A DNA stretch of 64,000 nucleotides from Octopus vulgaris (GCA_951406725.2 OX597829.1:43958001-44022000), one strand, 5' to 3'. Positions 41,955 through 55,329 are shown, counted from the stretch's first letter. Notes: generated by a model not told the origin, from the sequence alone. Made by a program: numbers and translations.

Positions 41955-42365
41955 GTTTTACTTATTTCAATCATTTGACTACGGCCATGCTGGGGCACCG
42001 CTTTGAAAAGTTTTAGTCAAACAAATCGACTCCAAGACTTATATTTATTTATTTATTTTAAGCTTGGTACCTATTCTCTCGATCTCTTTGTTTGCCGAAT
42101 ATTTAAGTTATGGGGATGTAAGCACACCAGCATCGGCTGCCAAGCGATGGAGGGGGCCAAACACAGACATAAAGACACACACACATAGATATATACAGAT
42201 ATATATTGGACGGGTTTCTTTCATTTTCCGTCTACCAAATCCACTCATAAGGCGTTGGTCGGTTCGAGGCTATGTTAGAAGATACATATCCATATACCAT
42301 GCTGTGGGACTGAATCCAAAAGCATGAGATTAGGAAGCAAGCTTCTAATAGTCACGCCTGCGCCT
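41955..42365 (-). mobile_element. Diverged SINE family A
   Basis: Reverse complement of family A head and tail. Confidence 0.85.
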
Positions 42366-42439
42366 TTATATCAATTATTAGCGACATATCAATGCCAAAA
42401 TGTAATGTTTGTATCCAACATAATAAGGATGCCATGTCA

Positions 42440-43356
42440 AATGGACGCCCTCTCAAGCTAATAATGCAGTATTCAAGTGCTCAATATGTGGACCACAGTT
42501 GCATCTGATGGCTTCAAGTTTCCCTTGATCTTCATCGATGCCGGTGTCAAGGTCAACAGTGAAGTTTATGGGGAAATGTTGGGCGAGAAAGTGTTACCCT
42601 GGGTCACAAACCTTTGGTGTTCATTACGTTTTCACTCAAGACGGGGCTACGGCCCTCACATTTGACACAGAGGTGGTCCAAAGAACAGTGAAGCGGGTTT
42701 TTTTTTGGAAATACGGTAAGTCCTCCCTGAAATTCAGACATCAACCCCATTAACTTTGGTCCATCTGGTCCATCTTAGAGAGTAATGTTTCTGCTCACTC
42801 CTATTCAAATGTTTCAGATCTGAAGAAAGCCGCTCTGTCTTCATGAGTCAAGTTAGGTGAAGAGGTGGTACAACGCTTATGCAACTCACTGAGCACTCGT
42901 TTGCAAGCGAATGGTGTAATTTTGAAATGTAATTACTGTAATGGATTGACAATTTACATTAGAACGTGTGCGCCAAATTTCATTAACCTACCTTAAGTTT
43001 ATTTTGAATAACTAAAAAATCACCGTGATCACCGTGACCGACCAGGCTATCAAATGTTGCTACACATCACTGGTTACAATGCGCTTCGCATTGTTCTAGC
43101 CTTCAAATGACGCCACTAAGCGAGCAGAAGAAAGAGTGAGAGAAATTTGTGGCGAAAGAGTAGAGCAGGGATCGCCACCACCTCCTGCCGGAGCCTCTTG
43201 GAGCTTTAGGTATTTTCGCTCAATGAACACTCACAACGCCCGATCTGGGATTCGAAACTGCGATCCTACAACCTTGAGTCCGCTGGCTTAACCACTGGGC
43301 CATTGCGTGTCCAACTAAAAAATATCAATGCAAAAATCTTTCTGAGATACCCTGTA
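42440..43356 (+). pseudogene. Tc1/mariner-superfamily transposase 3' part, DD37D (maT)-like, interrupted by a SINE
   Basis: MWTTVASDGFKFPLIFIDAGVKVNSEVY..LPWV, FTQDGA and SDINPINF..IWSILE; terminal TTTCTGAGATACCCTG-TA. Confidence 0.75.
43021..43312 (-). mobile_element. SINE family C (tail type 2) with 11-bp TSD
   Basis: Same tRNA head as 14728-15112; AACTAAAAAAT at 43010-43020 and 43313-43323. Confidence 0.9.
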
Positions 43357-43674
43357 TATTGTAGCAGCGAGATCTGACTGGCATGAGGTGACCGGCGCTT
43401 CCCACTAATTATTTCCAGTAGAATGAAATCACGTGGTATGGGAATTACCGGTGCCCATGAGAAACGACTCTCATCTGCTATGATGTATGTGTATGCTTTT
43501 ATGGTCCAAGCGCCTAAATGAGAGGACCTCTTAAGGTTAGCAACGCAATATTTAGTGTTCTAACAAGATATATAAGTATATAAGTCGAATAGAAATATAT
43601 ACATAGTTGTATATATACACAAACACAAACACACACATACACTCACACATACACACACACATACATACACTCAC

Positions 43675-43706
<32 letters not shown>

Positions 43707-43863
43707 GTAAATACATACACACACTCACACATATATCTATACTTTTAAATATATGTACATGTATATATGAAGAAGAAAATAGAGATATTGAAGTTGATAA
43801 GAGTTTATTTATGCGCAACAAATCGATCATTATCCCTTACAGCTGTTTCATGAGGCTAACATA

Positions 43864-43925
<62 letters not shown>

Positions 43926-44235
43926 GCATACATATATATATATATATTTATGGATCAAAATTGATTCGATCCATACCTATAATTCCCAATAAGTTTACTG
44001 AGTGCCATTCTTTCGTCTGTCCACTCACAATATCGCTTGACAACTGATGTTGGTGTGTTTACGTCCCCGTAATGTAGCGGTTCGGCATAAGAGACCGATA
44101 GAATAAGTACCAGGCTTACTAAGAACAAGTCGTGGGGTCGATTTGTTCGACTAAAACCCTTTGAGGTGGTACTCCAGCATGGCTGCAGTCAGATGACTGA
44201 AAGAAATAAAAGAATAAAAGAATAAGAGAATAAAA

Positions 44236-44274
<39 letters not shown>

Positions 44275-44471
44275 AACATACACGCATACATATGCATACA
44301 CATACACACACACATATATATATACATACATGTATATGCACAACACACACAGACACGAAGAGAAAGTGAGAAGGATTGAAAAATGAAGATTGGAGGGAGT
44401 AATTGAAAGATAGAGTGAGAGATTAGTTGGTTTTGCTAGTGGGGTAGGTTTGTGTTTGTGCATATATGTGT

Positions 44472-44513
<42 letters not shown>

Positions 44514-44569
44514 TTGTGTGTATGCGGGTGTGTGTCTGCAGGCGTGTTTTGTGTATATGTGTATGTGTG

Positions 44570-45140
44570 TGTGAGACTTGTATATGTATGTGTGTATCTA
44601 TGAATGCGTGAGCCTCTTGGGTGTGTATGTGTTTGTGTGCGCGCCTGAGTGTATGTGTGTGTGTTTGTAAGGGCATGTAACTCTTGTATGTACGTATGTG
44701 TGTGTGTGTGTGTGTGTGTTTGTGTGGGCATGTAAGTCCTGTGTATGTGTGTGTGTGTATGTGTGTATAGTGTGTCTGTGTGTGTAAGACTTGTATATGT
44801 ATGTGTGTATCTATGAATGCGTGAGTGTCTTGGGTGTGTATGTGCTTGTGTGTGCGCTTGAGTGTATGTGTGTGTGTGTGTTTGTGTGGACATGTAAGTC
44901 TTTTATGTATGTGTGTGTGTGTGTGTGTGTAGTGTGTCTCTGTGTGTAAGACTTGTATATGTATGTGTGTATCTATGAATGCGTGAGCCTCTTGGGTGTG
45001 TATGTGTTTGTGTGCGCGCCTGAGTGTATGTGTGTGTGTGTGTTTGTGTGGACATGTAAGTCTTGTATGTGTGTGTGTGTGTGTTTGTGTGGGCATGTAA
45101 GTCTTGTGTGTGTGTGTGTGTTTGTGTGGACATGTAAGTC

Positions 45141-45181
<41 letters not shown>

Positions 45182-45272
45182 CATGTAAGTCTTGTGTGTG
45201 TGTGTGTGTTTGTGTGGACATGTAAGTCTTGTGTGTGTGTGTGTGTGTTTGTGTGGACATGTAACTCTTGTA

Positions 45273-45317
<45 letters not shown>

Positions 45318-45371
45318 CATGTAAGTCTTGTGTGTGTGTGTGTGTGTTTGTGTGGACATGTAACTCTTGTA

Positions 45372-45423
<52 letters not shown>

Positions 45424-45445
45424 TGTGGGCATGTAAGTCTTATAT
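44570..45445 (+). repeat. Compound minisatellite: TTTGTGTGG(A/G)CATGTAA(G/C)TCTT units separated by variable (TG)n, with a 3x higher-order block
   Basis: About a dozen CATGTAA(G/C)TC(T/C)T units; GACTTGTATATGTATGTGTGTATCTATGAATGCGTGAG occurs at ~44575, ~44788 and ~44950. Confidence 0.9.
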
Positions 45446-45480
45446 GTATGTGTGTACGCGTGTGTGCGTGTGTATGTGTG

Positions 45481-45531
<51 letters not shown>

Positions 45532-46079
45532 GGCTGCCTGCCTAAAAACGAAGAATAAAAATGTGGGGAAAGTACAAGAACGTAAAACGTAAGGAATTAA
45601 ACAGTCGCGTTGGTCGGGTGGGGGGGGGGGAATACAACAAGCGGGGCCAATGTACGATGTGAAGAACAAGTGTTGGAAGAGAACAAGAACTTTGCTTTTC
45701 ATTGGTTAATATGCTTTTTTGTTTCTTCTTTACATTTCTGTCTGTTTTATTTACAACTTTTAAAACGTTATACACACACATATACACACATATATATACA
45801 TATATCTGTTCTGTGTTTCTATGTATGTTTGTTTTTCTCTGGGGGTTTTTTTTTTTTGAGATTTTTAGTTTACTTTATTTTATTTTATTTTTTTGTTTCA
45901 TGTTATTTATTTTTGTAGTTTATATTTACAGCTAATATCTTCTCTAGACCATCCGTCTCTCTTGCTTTAATAGCATCGCAGTCGGTTGTATGTACACAGG
46001 AAATGTGTGTACGACGAACGTCTGTCGGATGAACGGCATATCGATGTTGTTAGGAAAAGAAGAAAAGTGTATACAGCGC

Positions 46080-46114
<35 letters not shown>

Positions 46115-46421
46115 CATGCGTAGGTATATACGGTGGGAAACGAGATTAAATACTCACTCAGCGTGCGTATGCGTATTTGCGTGTGTGAGTGTGAGTGTGA
46201 TTGTGTGTGTGTGTGTATGTGTGATTGTGTGCGTGTGTGTGTGTGTGTGTGAGTATGATAGAGATTGAGTGCTTGTGTGTGTGAGTGAATATGTGTACGT
46301 GTGTGTGCGTGTGTGTGTGTGTAGTGTTTGTGTGTGTGTGTGTGTGTGTGTGAGTATGATAGAGATTGAGTGTTTGTGTGTGATTGAATATGTGTACGTG
46401 TGTACGTGCGTGTGTGTGACG

Positions 46422-46485
<64 letters not shown>

Positions 46486-46691
46486 GGTTGTGTACTTGTC
46501 CGTTTTTTTGCGTCTATATGTGTCTGGGTGTCTATTGTATTGAAGTTGAGTGATAGAGAGATAACCCTACATGCATACACACACATACATGCATACATAC
46601 ACGTGTGTATGTATGCGTGTGTGCGTGTGTGTGTATATGTGTGAGCATCTGTGTGTGTGTGCTTGCATGTGTGTACAAGAGTGAAAGGAAA

Positions 46692-46729
<38 letters not shown>

Positions 46730-47079
46730 GGGAGAAAGAGACAGAAAATGGAAATGAGAAATAATTTGAGCCAGGTGAAAGTAGCTGGGCCAATGTATAA
46801 ACCATTGCAAATTCTTGAAGCGAGGTAGAGAAGAAGATCTAATTGAAATGACAATGGAAGGAAGGAGAGCAGGAGAGATTAAGTTGGAGAGATAGAGAGC
46901 TGGAGTTGGGGGTGGGGTGGGGTGGGGAAGGGAGAGTTTGTTAATGAATATAACTGGGGCGAGTGATTGAGACTTTACTCTTGGTAAATATACAGAGAGA
47001 TATGGAGTAATATAGGTGTAAGATGAAACAGAAAGGTACGTTGGTGGATTGAGAATGAGAGAGAGAGAGAAAGAGAGAG

Positions 47080-47143
47080 GAGGAGGAGGAGGAGGAAAAA
47101 GAGAGAAAGAGAGAGAGGGAGAGAGAGAAGGAAAGAGAGAGAA

Positions 47144-47194
<51 letters not shown>

Positions 47195-47584
47195 AAGAAA
47201 GAAAGTAGCAGAGGTGAGAGATTGCCAGAGAATTATAGGCCTTTGGTTGATGACGATCGTACGTAACAATAGACCAAGAGAGAGTGAGGAAGAGGAGGAA
47301 AAAGAGAGAAAGAGAGAGGGGGAGAGAGAGAAGGAAAAAGAGAGAAAGATAGATAGAGAGAGAGAGAAAGAAAGAAAGAAAGAAAGTAGCAGAGGTGAGA
47401 GATTGCCAGAGAATTATAGGTCTTTGGTTGATGACGACTGTGCGTAACAATAGACCAAGAGAGAGAGAGAGAGAGAGAGAGGAGGAGGAGGAAAAAGAGA
47501 GAAAGGGAGAGGGGGAGAGAGAGAAGGAAAAAAGAGAAAGATAGATAGATATATAGATAGAGAGATAGAGAGAGAGAGAGAAAG

Positions 47585-47615
<31 letters not shown>

Positions 47616-47688
47616 ATGTAGCAGAGAAGGTGAGAGATTACGAGAGAATTATAGGTCTCTGGTTGATGACGGCTGTGCGTAACAATAG

Positions 47689-47695
<7 letters not shown>
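47080..47695 (+). repeat. Three tandem ~190-230-bp units (unique ~80-bp core plus GA-rich tract)
   Basis: GTAGCAGAG..GTGAGAGATT..AGAGAATTATAGG..TGGTTGATGACG..CGTAACAATAGACC starts at ~47204, ~47386 and ~47618. Confidence 0.9.
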
Positions 47696-47758
<63 letters not shown>

Positions 47759-48611
47759 CTTGTAGAAAGCAGATTAAAAGACATGGAAAGCGAATAGAGA
47801 AAGACTATAAAAATATAATGAAGGTTGGTGTTAGTATTGATGCTGTTGGTGTTAGTATTGATGCTGTTACACTCTAAAGCCAGAGTGTAAAGCTAGAGTA
47901 TAAAGCGAGAGTATCTAGAATATAAATCCTCGGATTGCATATGTTCTGACCATGATGAATTTTGTTGCCCTTACACATGTGATTTTTAAAAAACCTTTTG
48001 GCTCGAAATAAAACTGCGAATGAAGAAATAAAATATTTATTACAACACATCAAATGCAAGAATAAAATCATTGTATCTTGGGAGGATCATCTTGCCAGTG
48101 AAAAAAAAACTGGTTCTATTTCACTTCTTTTTTTTAAAATATAATTAATCAATTGTTAATTAATTAATTACTTGATTAATCAATTAATTACTTGATTAAT
48201 TAATTAATTACTTGATTAATTAATTAATTAATTAACTTACTCGATTGCTTGATTCGATCAGCTAATCAATCAACCAGTCGATCAGAATTGTTGTCAGAAT
48301 GCCTTCGTCGCCATTCACAACCTCATTAATGAAGGGTCCTCGTCCATACCAGACCTGTACCATTGTCCCGTTGTCGCCAAAATTCTATTGACAAAGAGAC
48401 CCTCTCAAGATACAACATCTGTTTCAACACACAGTTTCACATCAAGAATCTTACAAAAAAACAAATACAAAAAATGAAATAAGAAATAAAATGTTTTTAT
48501 TACATTTATTATTTTCAGATTTTTCTTCTTTGTCTATGGAAAAATCCTAAAGATAACGAAACAACGATCAAACACGTGGCGCGCCTCGGATCGACTATTT
48601 CAATTACTGGT

Positions 48612-48849
48612 AAAGCGGCAAGCTGACAGAAACGTTAGCGCGCCGGGCGAAATGCTTATTCGTATTACGTCTGCCGTTACGTTCTGAGTTCGAATTCTGC
48701 CGAAGTTGACTTTGCCTTTCATCCTTTCGAGGTCGATAAATAGATAAAGTACCAGTTACGCACTGGGGGTCGATATAATCGACTTAATCCGTTTGTCTGC
48801 CCTTGTTTGTCCCCTCTATGTTTAGCACCTTGTGGGCAATAAAGAAATA
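48612..48849 (+). mobile_element. SINE family B monomer with 16-bp TSD
   Basis: TATTTCAATTACTGGT at 48596-48611 and 48850-48865. Confidence 0.92.
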
Positions 48850-48987
48850 TATTTCAATTACTGGTGACTCCAACCGGCCTCAGAGATGATTAAACACAAT
48901 TGTGAACAAAAAGCGCTTCAGTCATGACCATCCTGTCCTTTTGTACAACAGATAATAATACTTGTTAATACACACACACACACATAT

Positions 48988-49380
48988 ATGCTTAGCGGTA
49001 TTTCATCCGCGAGCTGTCAGAATCGTTAGCACTCCAGGCGAAATGCTCAGCGGTATTTCGTCTGCCGCTACGTTCTGAGTTCAAATTCCGCTGAGGTCGA
49101 CTTTGCCTTTCATCCTTTCAGGGTCTGTAAAATAAGTACCAGTTACGCACTTAATCCGTTTGTCTGTCCTTGTTTGTCCTCTCTGTGTTTAGCCCCTTGT
49201 GGGTAGTAAAGAAATAGGTATTTCGTCCGTTTTTATGTTTTGAGTTCAAATTCCTCTGAGGTCGACTTTGCCTTTCACCCTTTCGGGTCGATAAATTAAG
49301 TACCAATGATACACTGGAGTCGCCGTAATCGACTTAACCCTCCTCCCCCGAAGATGCTGACTTTGTATCAAAATTTGAAG
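48988..49380 (+). mobile_element. SINE family B multimer
   Basis: A unit ending AAAGAAATAG joins GTATTTCGTC at ~49218; the last unit has the alternative tail. Confidence 0.85.
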
Positions 49381-49727
49381 CCAGTGTATTCTTCTCTATT
49401 CAAGATCATAATGTTTAGTTTAAGGGATATTTGGCTGCTATTTCTAAACGTCCATTTAGAGTCTCTCTTGTAGACCCTTTCAACAGATATTTATTGCTGT
49501 TGTTGCTGTTGCAGCCCTTAGGATTTTGTTGATCGGTTTTTGTTGTTGGTGGTGCTTAGCTCTAGACAATCTTTATCAATAAACTCTATGATCAAAGGTA
49601 TTCCATCCACGACTATCCTGGGTGTTTTTCTACCAAAGGAAATTCCAGGAGTATCTTATCGAACGTATCTTTTGTTTTGATTTGTTGTTGTTGTTATTGT
49701 TGTTTCCTGAAACGAATTGGTATATAT

Positions 49728-49890
49728 GGGCGTAGGAGTGGCTGTGTGGTAAGCAGCTTGCTTACGAACCACATAGTTCCGGGTTCAATCCTACTGCGTA
49801 GCACCTTGGGCAAGTGTCTTCTACTATAGCCTCGGGCCGATCAAAGCCTTGTGAGTGGATTTGGTAGACAGAAACTGAAAGAAGCCCGTC

Positions 49891-49938
<48 letters not shown>

Positions 49939-50160
49939 GTGTGTGTGTTTGTGTGTCTGTATTTGTCCCCCCAACATCGCTTGACAACCGATGCTGGTAT
50001 GTTTACGTCCCCGTAACTTAGCGGTTCGGCAAAAGAGACTGATAGAATAAGTACTAGGCTTACAAAGAATAAGTCCTGGGGGGCGATTTGCTCGACTAAA
50101 GGCGTTGCTCCAACATGGCCACAGTCAAATGACTGAAACAAGTAAAATAACAAAAGAGTA
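49728..50160 (+). mobile_element. SINE family A, full length
   Basis: GGGCGTAGGAGTGGCTGTGTGGTAAG...GAAACAAGTAAAATAACAAAAGAG. Confidence 0.9.
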
Positions 50161-50901
50161 TATGCTCAGAATAATTTGGCTGCTGTTTCTAGCTTTTCTA
50201 CGCCGAAAGCTTTGCAGAGGTGGACGAAACTTAGGAAATATCTTCACTATATTAAATATCTATATAATAGGCAGATATAGACGAAATAAGTTCAAGAGAG
50301 AGAGAGAGAGGGGGGAGAGAAAGAGAGAGAGGGGGAGAGAAAGAGAAAGAGAGAGAGAGGGAAAGAGAGAGATGTGTGAGTGTGTGAGGTGCGGAGTGAG
50401 AACACGAAGGGGAGGTTGATGAGATAAAGAGACATCACTCGCTGCCATTTTTGTATCACTGCTGTTGTCATTGTTGACCTGCTGTTGCCGTTGGTGGTGG
50501 TGGTGATGTTGCTGCTGCTGCATCTGGTGCTGCTGCCCCTGCTGCTGCAGTTGCTGCGGCTTGAACTGTTGCTTTTATTGTCGCTACTGTTCCTGGCGTT
50601 ATTTGCTCTGATGTATTTGTTACTGCCTCAGTTAATCTTTGCTGCTGCTGTTACCCGCTGTCGGTTTTCCTGCTGCTGCCGTTCTTATTCTCATTGCTAC
50701 TGCTGCTGTTGTTGTTGCTGTTGCCGTCACATTTGTTATTGTTTGTTGTTGTGGTTGTTGTTTTTAAGCATCGGCAGAAGTCCGAATGAGCAGAATTATG
50801 ATCAAAGTTATTGTTCCAACCGTGACCATCTTTCGTCACACATCTGTGACCTCAACACATCAATGACCTCCATACATCTGTGACCTCCTCCCATTACTAC
50901 C

Positions 50902-51123
50902 TATTTCGTTACTACCCACAAGGGGCTGAACACAGAGAGGACAAACAAGGACAGACAAACGGATTAAGTCGATTACATCGACCCCAGTGCGTAACTGGTA
51001 CTTATTTGACCTCGAAAGGATGAAAGGCAAAGTCGACCTCGGCGGAATTTGAACTCAGAACGTAGCGGCAGACGAAATACGACTACGCATTTCGCCCGGC
51101 GTGCTAACGATTCTGCCAGCTCA
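50902..51123 (-). mobile_element. SINE family B monomer with 15-bp TSD
   Basis: CCTCCCATTACTACC at 50887-50901 and 51124-51138. Confidence 0.92.
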
Positions 51124-51452
51124 CCTCCCATTACTACCATTGCTTGACAACCGGTGTTGGTACTTACGTTTCCCTAACTTAGCAGTTCTGCAAATGAGAT
51201 TGATAGGATAAATACAAGGCTCTAAAATATAAGTACTGGGGTCTATGCATTCAATTAAAAATTCATGAAGGCGATGCCCCAGCATGGCCGCAGTCGTCAG
51301 AGACAACTGAAAAAGAAAAGAAAAAACAAAAACAAAGGACATAGTCCCAGACATACATATGACTGAATAAATGGCTGAATGGTCAAGGGTTGAACAAACT
51401 ATGATCGTGGGATTGCTCGATTAAACAGATCTGAAAGCTAAACAAGAACAAA

Positions 51453-51580
<128 letters not shown>

Positions 51581-51859
51581 TGTGTGTGTGAGTGTGTGTA
51601 AAAAAATGTAAGCGTGTAATAGAGTATACACTGTAATTCATCAAGCTTTATCCCTCGCTAATTTCAACATATTCCTGGAAATAGAATAAGCGGGGCAAGT
51701 GCACACACGAAGAAGGAAAGTGTCTCTGAAGAGGTCTCAGATGTGTGACGAAAGATTTCCGGACAATGGACATGAGTTAGAATAAGAACAGTAATAAACA
51801 AGCGAAGAACAAATATATAGTGTGTGTGTTTATCTGGCAGAACTAAAAAAAATTCTATA

Positions 51860-52260
51860 GGCGCAGGCGTGGCATTATGGTAAGAAGCTTCCTTCACAAC
51901 CACATGGTTCCGGGTTCAGTCCCACTGCGTGGCACCGTGGACAAGTGTCTTCTACTATAGCTATAGCCTCGGGCCGACCAAAGCCTTGTGAGTAGATTTG
52001 GTAGACGGAAACTGAAAGAAGCCCGTCGTATATATAAATATGTATAAATTTGTGTGTCTGTGTTTGTCCCCCCGCCATCGCTTGATAACAACTGTTGGTG
52101 TGTTTACGTCCTCGTAACTTGGCGGTTTGGCAATAGAGACCGATAGAATAAGTACTAGGCTTACAAAGAATAAGGCCTGGGGGTAGATTTGTTCGACAAA
52201 AGGCGGTGCTGCAGCATGGCCGCAGTCAAATTATTAAAACAAGTAAACGAATACAAGAAT
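51860..52260 (+). mobile_element. SINE family A, full length
   Basis: GGCGCAGGCGTGGCATTATGGTAAG...AAACAAGTAAACGAAT. Confidence 0.9.
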
Positions 52261-52466
52261 GAAAATCTCGTAATACAACAATATCTGTTTCAACACATGA
52301 CCGAAAGGCCTCTTCACCATTTACTCCTTAGCACAGAAACACAATACTATAAGCCAATATTTTGATACATCATTGTTTGACCTTCCGAATTGATTAACCT
52401 TTGGCATGTAACTTTTGGCCAAACTCAAATACATATTCTAAATGTTTTATTTACACACCACTAGAT

Positions 52467-52734
52467 AATAAAAATAAATAATTGCGCCCTTTTAAAGCCT
52501 AGCCAGGCTCATGGGTCCAGTTTTCCAGTTCCTATGGCGTATGTGTTCCCCAGCTGGACGGGACGCCAGTCCGTCGCAGCGTTACTCATTTTTGCCAGCT
52601 TAGTCGACTGGAGCAACGTGAAATGAAGTGTTTTGGTCATGAACACAACGCGTCGCCCAGTCCAGGAATCGAAACCACAATCTTACGATCATGGTGCTGA
52701 CACCCTAAACACTAAGCCACGTGCCTCCACACAC
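52467..52734 (-). mobile_element. tRNA-derived SINE (family D) with 14-bp TSD
   Basis: Head GGAGGCACGTGGCTTAGTG...GGTTTCGATTCC, segment CTGCGACGGACTGGCGTCCCGTCCAG; ACACACCACTAGAT at 52453-52466 and 52735-52748. Confidence 0.85.
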
Positions 52735-53181
52735 ACACACCACTAGATGCCAGTAGAAAATTATTCCGATTTATAATTGTCGTTGTTAATTGCATAAATT
52801 CGCAGACACTGTGATTAAAGAGGATTAGTTGTTCATCATACTTAATACATTTAATTATTTTTCTTAAATAACTATTAATTTGAAATAATTATTTATTCAA
52901 ATATCTTTTCGGGTATATCAATCGCAGTCCTCACCCCAACACGTCCATATTACCCCCATAAAAATTTCGTTTACTCTTCGAGTGTTAGGGTCGCCTTTGT
53001 TGAGAAATACTGTCGTAGAAGCTGTATTCTTGTGCCTATACTTAATGGATATATGTGCTTAAATTAATTATCACAACTAACAGCAGCAGTAGTAATGAGC
53101 ATCAGGCATACGAAATCTTTCCGAATGTGACCATCCCACCTTTTCTGGGGTTTTTTTTTTAACAAATGTATGGCTTTAGAT

Positions 53182-53692
53182 CAGGATTTCTGACCCATAT
53201 TTTGCCCATGGACCCCTTTGATTTCTATTTTACGTGGATGGATCCCCATAGTCATTTGATGTTTAGAAAATCCTATTATATTTTTTATAATTATTAGAAA
53301 TTGTAAAAAAATTCTGTTGTGTCTGGGGAGAGTCATATTCTTTTTGTGCCTTATAATTTAACACACTCACCGGTAAAATTTCCACTTGTTTCTTATTTTT
53401 ATTTTCTAAAATTTTCGTTGCGTCTTGCAACCTTAAGAAATAAGTGGAAATTTTACCGGTGAGTGTGTTGAATAATAAGGCACTAAAAGAGAATGACTCT
53501 CCCCAGACACAACAGAATATGCTTCAACACACGAACTCATATAAAGAAATTTGCAAACCAAATCCAAAAACGAAATGTAAAAAAATTGTTAAAATATTTT
53601 GTGTATTTTGGACGTAGAACCAATGTATTGCACATAAACTTCACTGGTCTGAAGCACAATGTTTTCACGTGGACCCCGATTGAGAACCCCTG
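53182..53692. mobile_element. hAT-type MITE containing a nested hairpin insertion (53311-53580)
   Basis: TIRs CAGGATTTCTGA / TGAGAACCCCTG; 8-bp flanks CTTTAGAT / TTTTAGAT; inner palindrome 53311-53518. Confidence 0.8.
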
Positions 53693-53800
53693 TTTTAGAT
53701 AGATGTTGATATGTCTAACTGGTCGTGCGATGAAACAGTGGACCACCCGGTGACACTTTCGTAACTACAACAAGCAGAGTCGTAATATTGGGAATATATA

Positions 53801-54413
53801 GGCGGCGAGCTGGCAGAAACGTTAGCACCGGGCGAAATGCTGAGCGGTATTACGTCTGCCGTTACGTTCTGAGTTCAAATTCCGCCGAGGTCGACTTTAC
53901 CTTTCATCCTTTCGGGGTCGATAAATTAAGTACCAGTTACGCACTGGGGTCGATATAATCGACTTCATCCGTTTGTCTGTCTTTGTTTGTCCCTTCTGTG
54001 TTTAGCCCCTTGTGGGTAATAAAGAAATAGGTATTTCGTCAGTCACTACGTTCTGAGTTCAAATTCCGCTGAGGTCGACTTTGCCTTTTATCCTTTCGGG
54101 GTCGGTAAATTAAGTACCAGTTACATAGAGGGGTCGTTGCAATTGATTTAATCCCTTTGTCTGTCCTTGTTTGTCCCCTCTATGTTTAGCCCCTTGTGAG
54201 CAATAAAGAAATAAGAAACATTAGCACGCCGGGCGAAATGTTTAGCGTTATTTCGCCTGTCTTTATGTTCTGAGTCCAAATTCCGTCGAGGTCAGCTTTG
54301 CTCTTCATCCTTTCGAGGGTTGATAAATTAAGTACCAGTTGCATACTGGAATCGATTTAATCGACTGGCACTCTCCCCCAACATTTCAGGCCTTGTGCCT
54401 AGAATAGAAAAAG
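53801..54413 (+). mobile_element. SINE family B trimer bounded by a single TSD pair
   Basis: AATATTGGGAATATATA (53784-53800) / AATATTGGGAACGTATA (54414-54430); junctions at ~54030 and ~54213. Confidence 0.9.
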
Positions 54414-54837
54414 AATATTGGGAACGTATACTTCATGCTTTAGGGAAGAGTTTAGTGCAATAATATAATTGTTCATTTTTTCAAGTCTTTCGATTGTGAA
54501 TATGGTATGTTTGAAGCAATAAACCCTTGGGTCGTAACCATTTTGTGCTCAAGGCAAACTTTAATCCAGCTCTGTTACATAGAATTTTTGTTTCTTTTAT
54601 CTTTATTATATTCGCCGTATATTATGAAGAATTTATTGCAAAGCATCAAGGGGTACGATTTAGCTTGTAGCATTATAGTCTAGCGGAAAATCATTAAACA
54701 TTAGGCGATAAAATATGCTACTGATCTTTTTTTTTTTTTTGCGGTGGAGAGCTAAACTTTTTTGGGCGGTGGGGAGTCCGTTAATATATTCGTTTTGAAG
54801 TTATGTAAGAGATAAGATTACACACACGCACAACGAA

Positions 54838-55075
54838 GCACAGACATAGGGGCAACAAGTTACGACATGCAAATATTAGGCTAAAAACTGTTTTGGATGG
54901 AGAAATTCGAAGGATTGTTTTTTGTACAACGATAGAACGCCTCTAATGTCTACAAAAGACGTGGGTTCGTGTCCTACGGGAAACCTTCGACTTTTTTCTG
55001 ACCAAAAGAGTTTTCAGCCTAATATCAGCCTAATATTTACGTGCTATTATTATTTATAGCTTTCTGTCTGTGCTG
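54838..55075 (+). mobile_element. Inverted-repeat element enclosing a tRNA-like core
   Basis: Arms ATATTAGGCTAAAAACTGTTTTGG..AAATTCGAAGG / CCTTCGACTTTT..CCAAAAGAGTTTTCAGCCTAATAT; core has A-box-like GTACAACGATAGAACG and B-box GGTTCGTGTCC. Confidence 0.6.
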
Positions 55076-55169
55076 CCAAAACAGAAAAATAAAAGAAAAT
55101 TCGCGTTCTCTCGAACGTTTATGAAATGTTTATGGTGTCAAAAATAGACAGTCAGACTGACAGACAGAC

Positions 55170-55256
<87 letters not shown>

Positions 55257-55329
55257 GAAAGAGAAAGGGAGAGGGAGAGAGAGAGAGAAATCCAAAACCT
55301 TGACCTTTTTTCGGGGGCTGCACCAAAAG

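Noticed and set aside
44119-45702. 527-aa ORF and CRISPR-like repeat/spacer pattern
   Set aside because: Spacers are (TG)n rather than unique sequence, there are no cas genes, and the context is eukaryotic; the ORF is a repeat artefact.
48241-48385. Possible minus-strand exon (GTAAGT donor at 48235-48240)
   Set aside because: The acceptor is weak and the longest frame stops before the donor; it is not supportable as coding.
50260-50883. PolyQ-like or Leu-rich ORFs
   Set aside because: Degenerate (CTG/TTG)n cryptic repeat with in-frame stops and no splice support.
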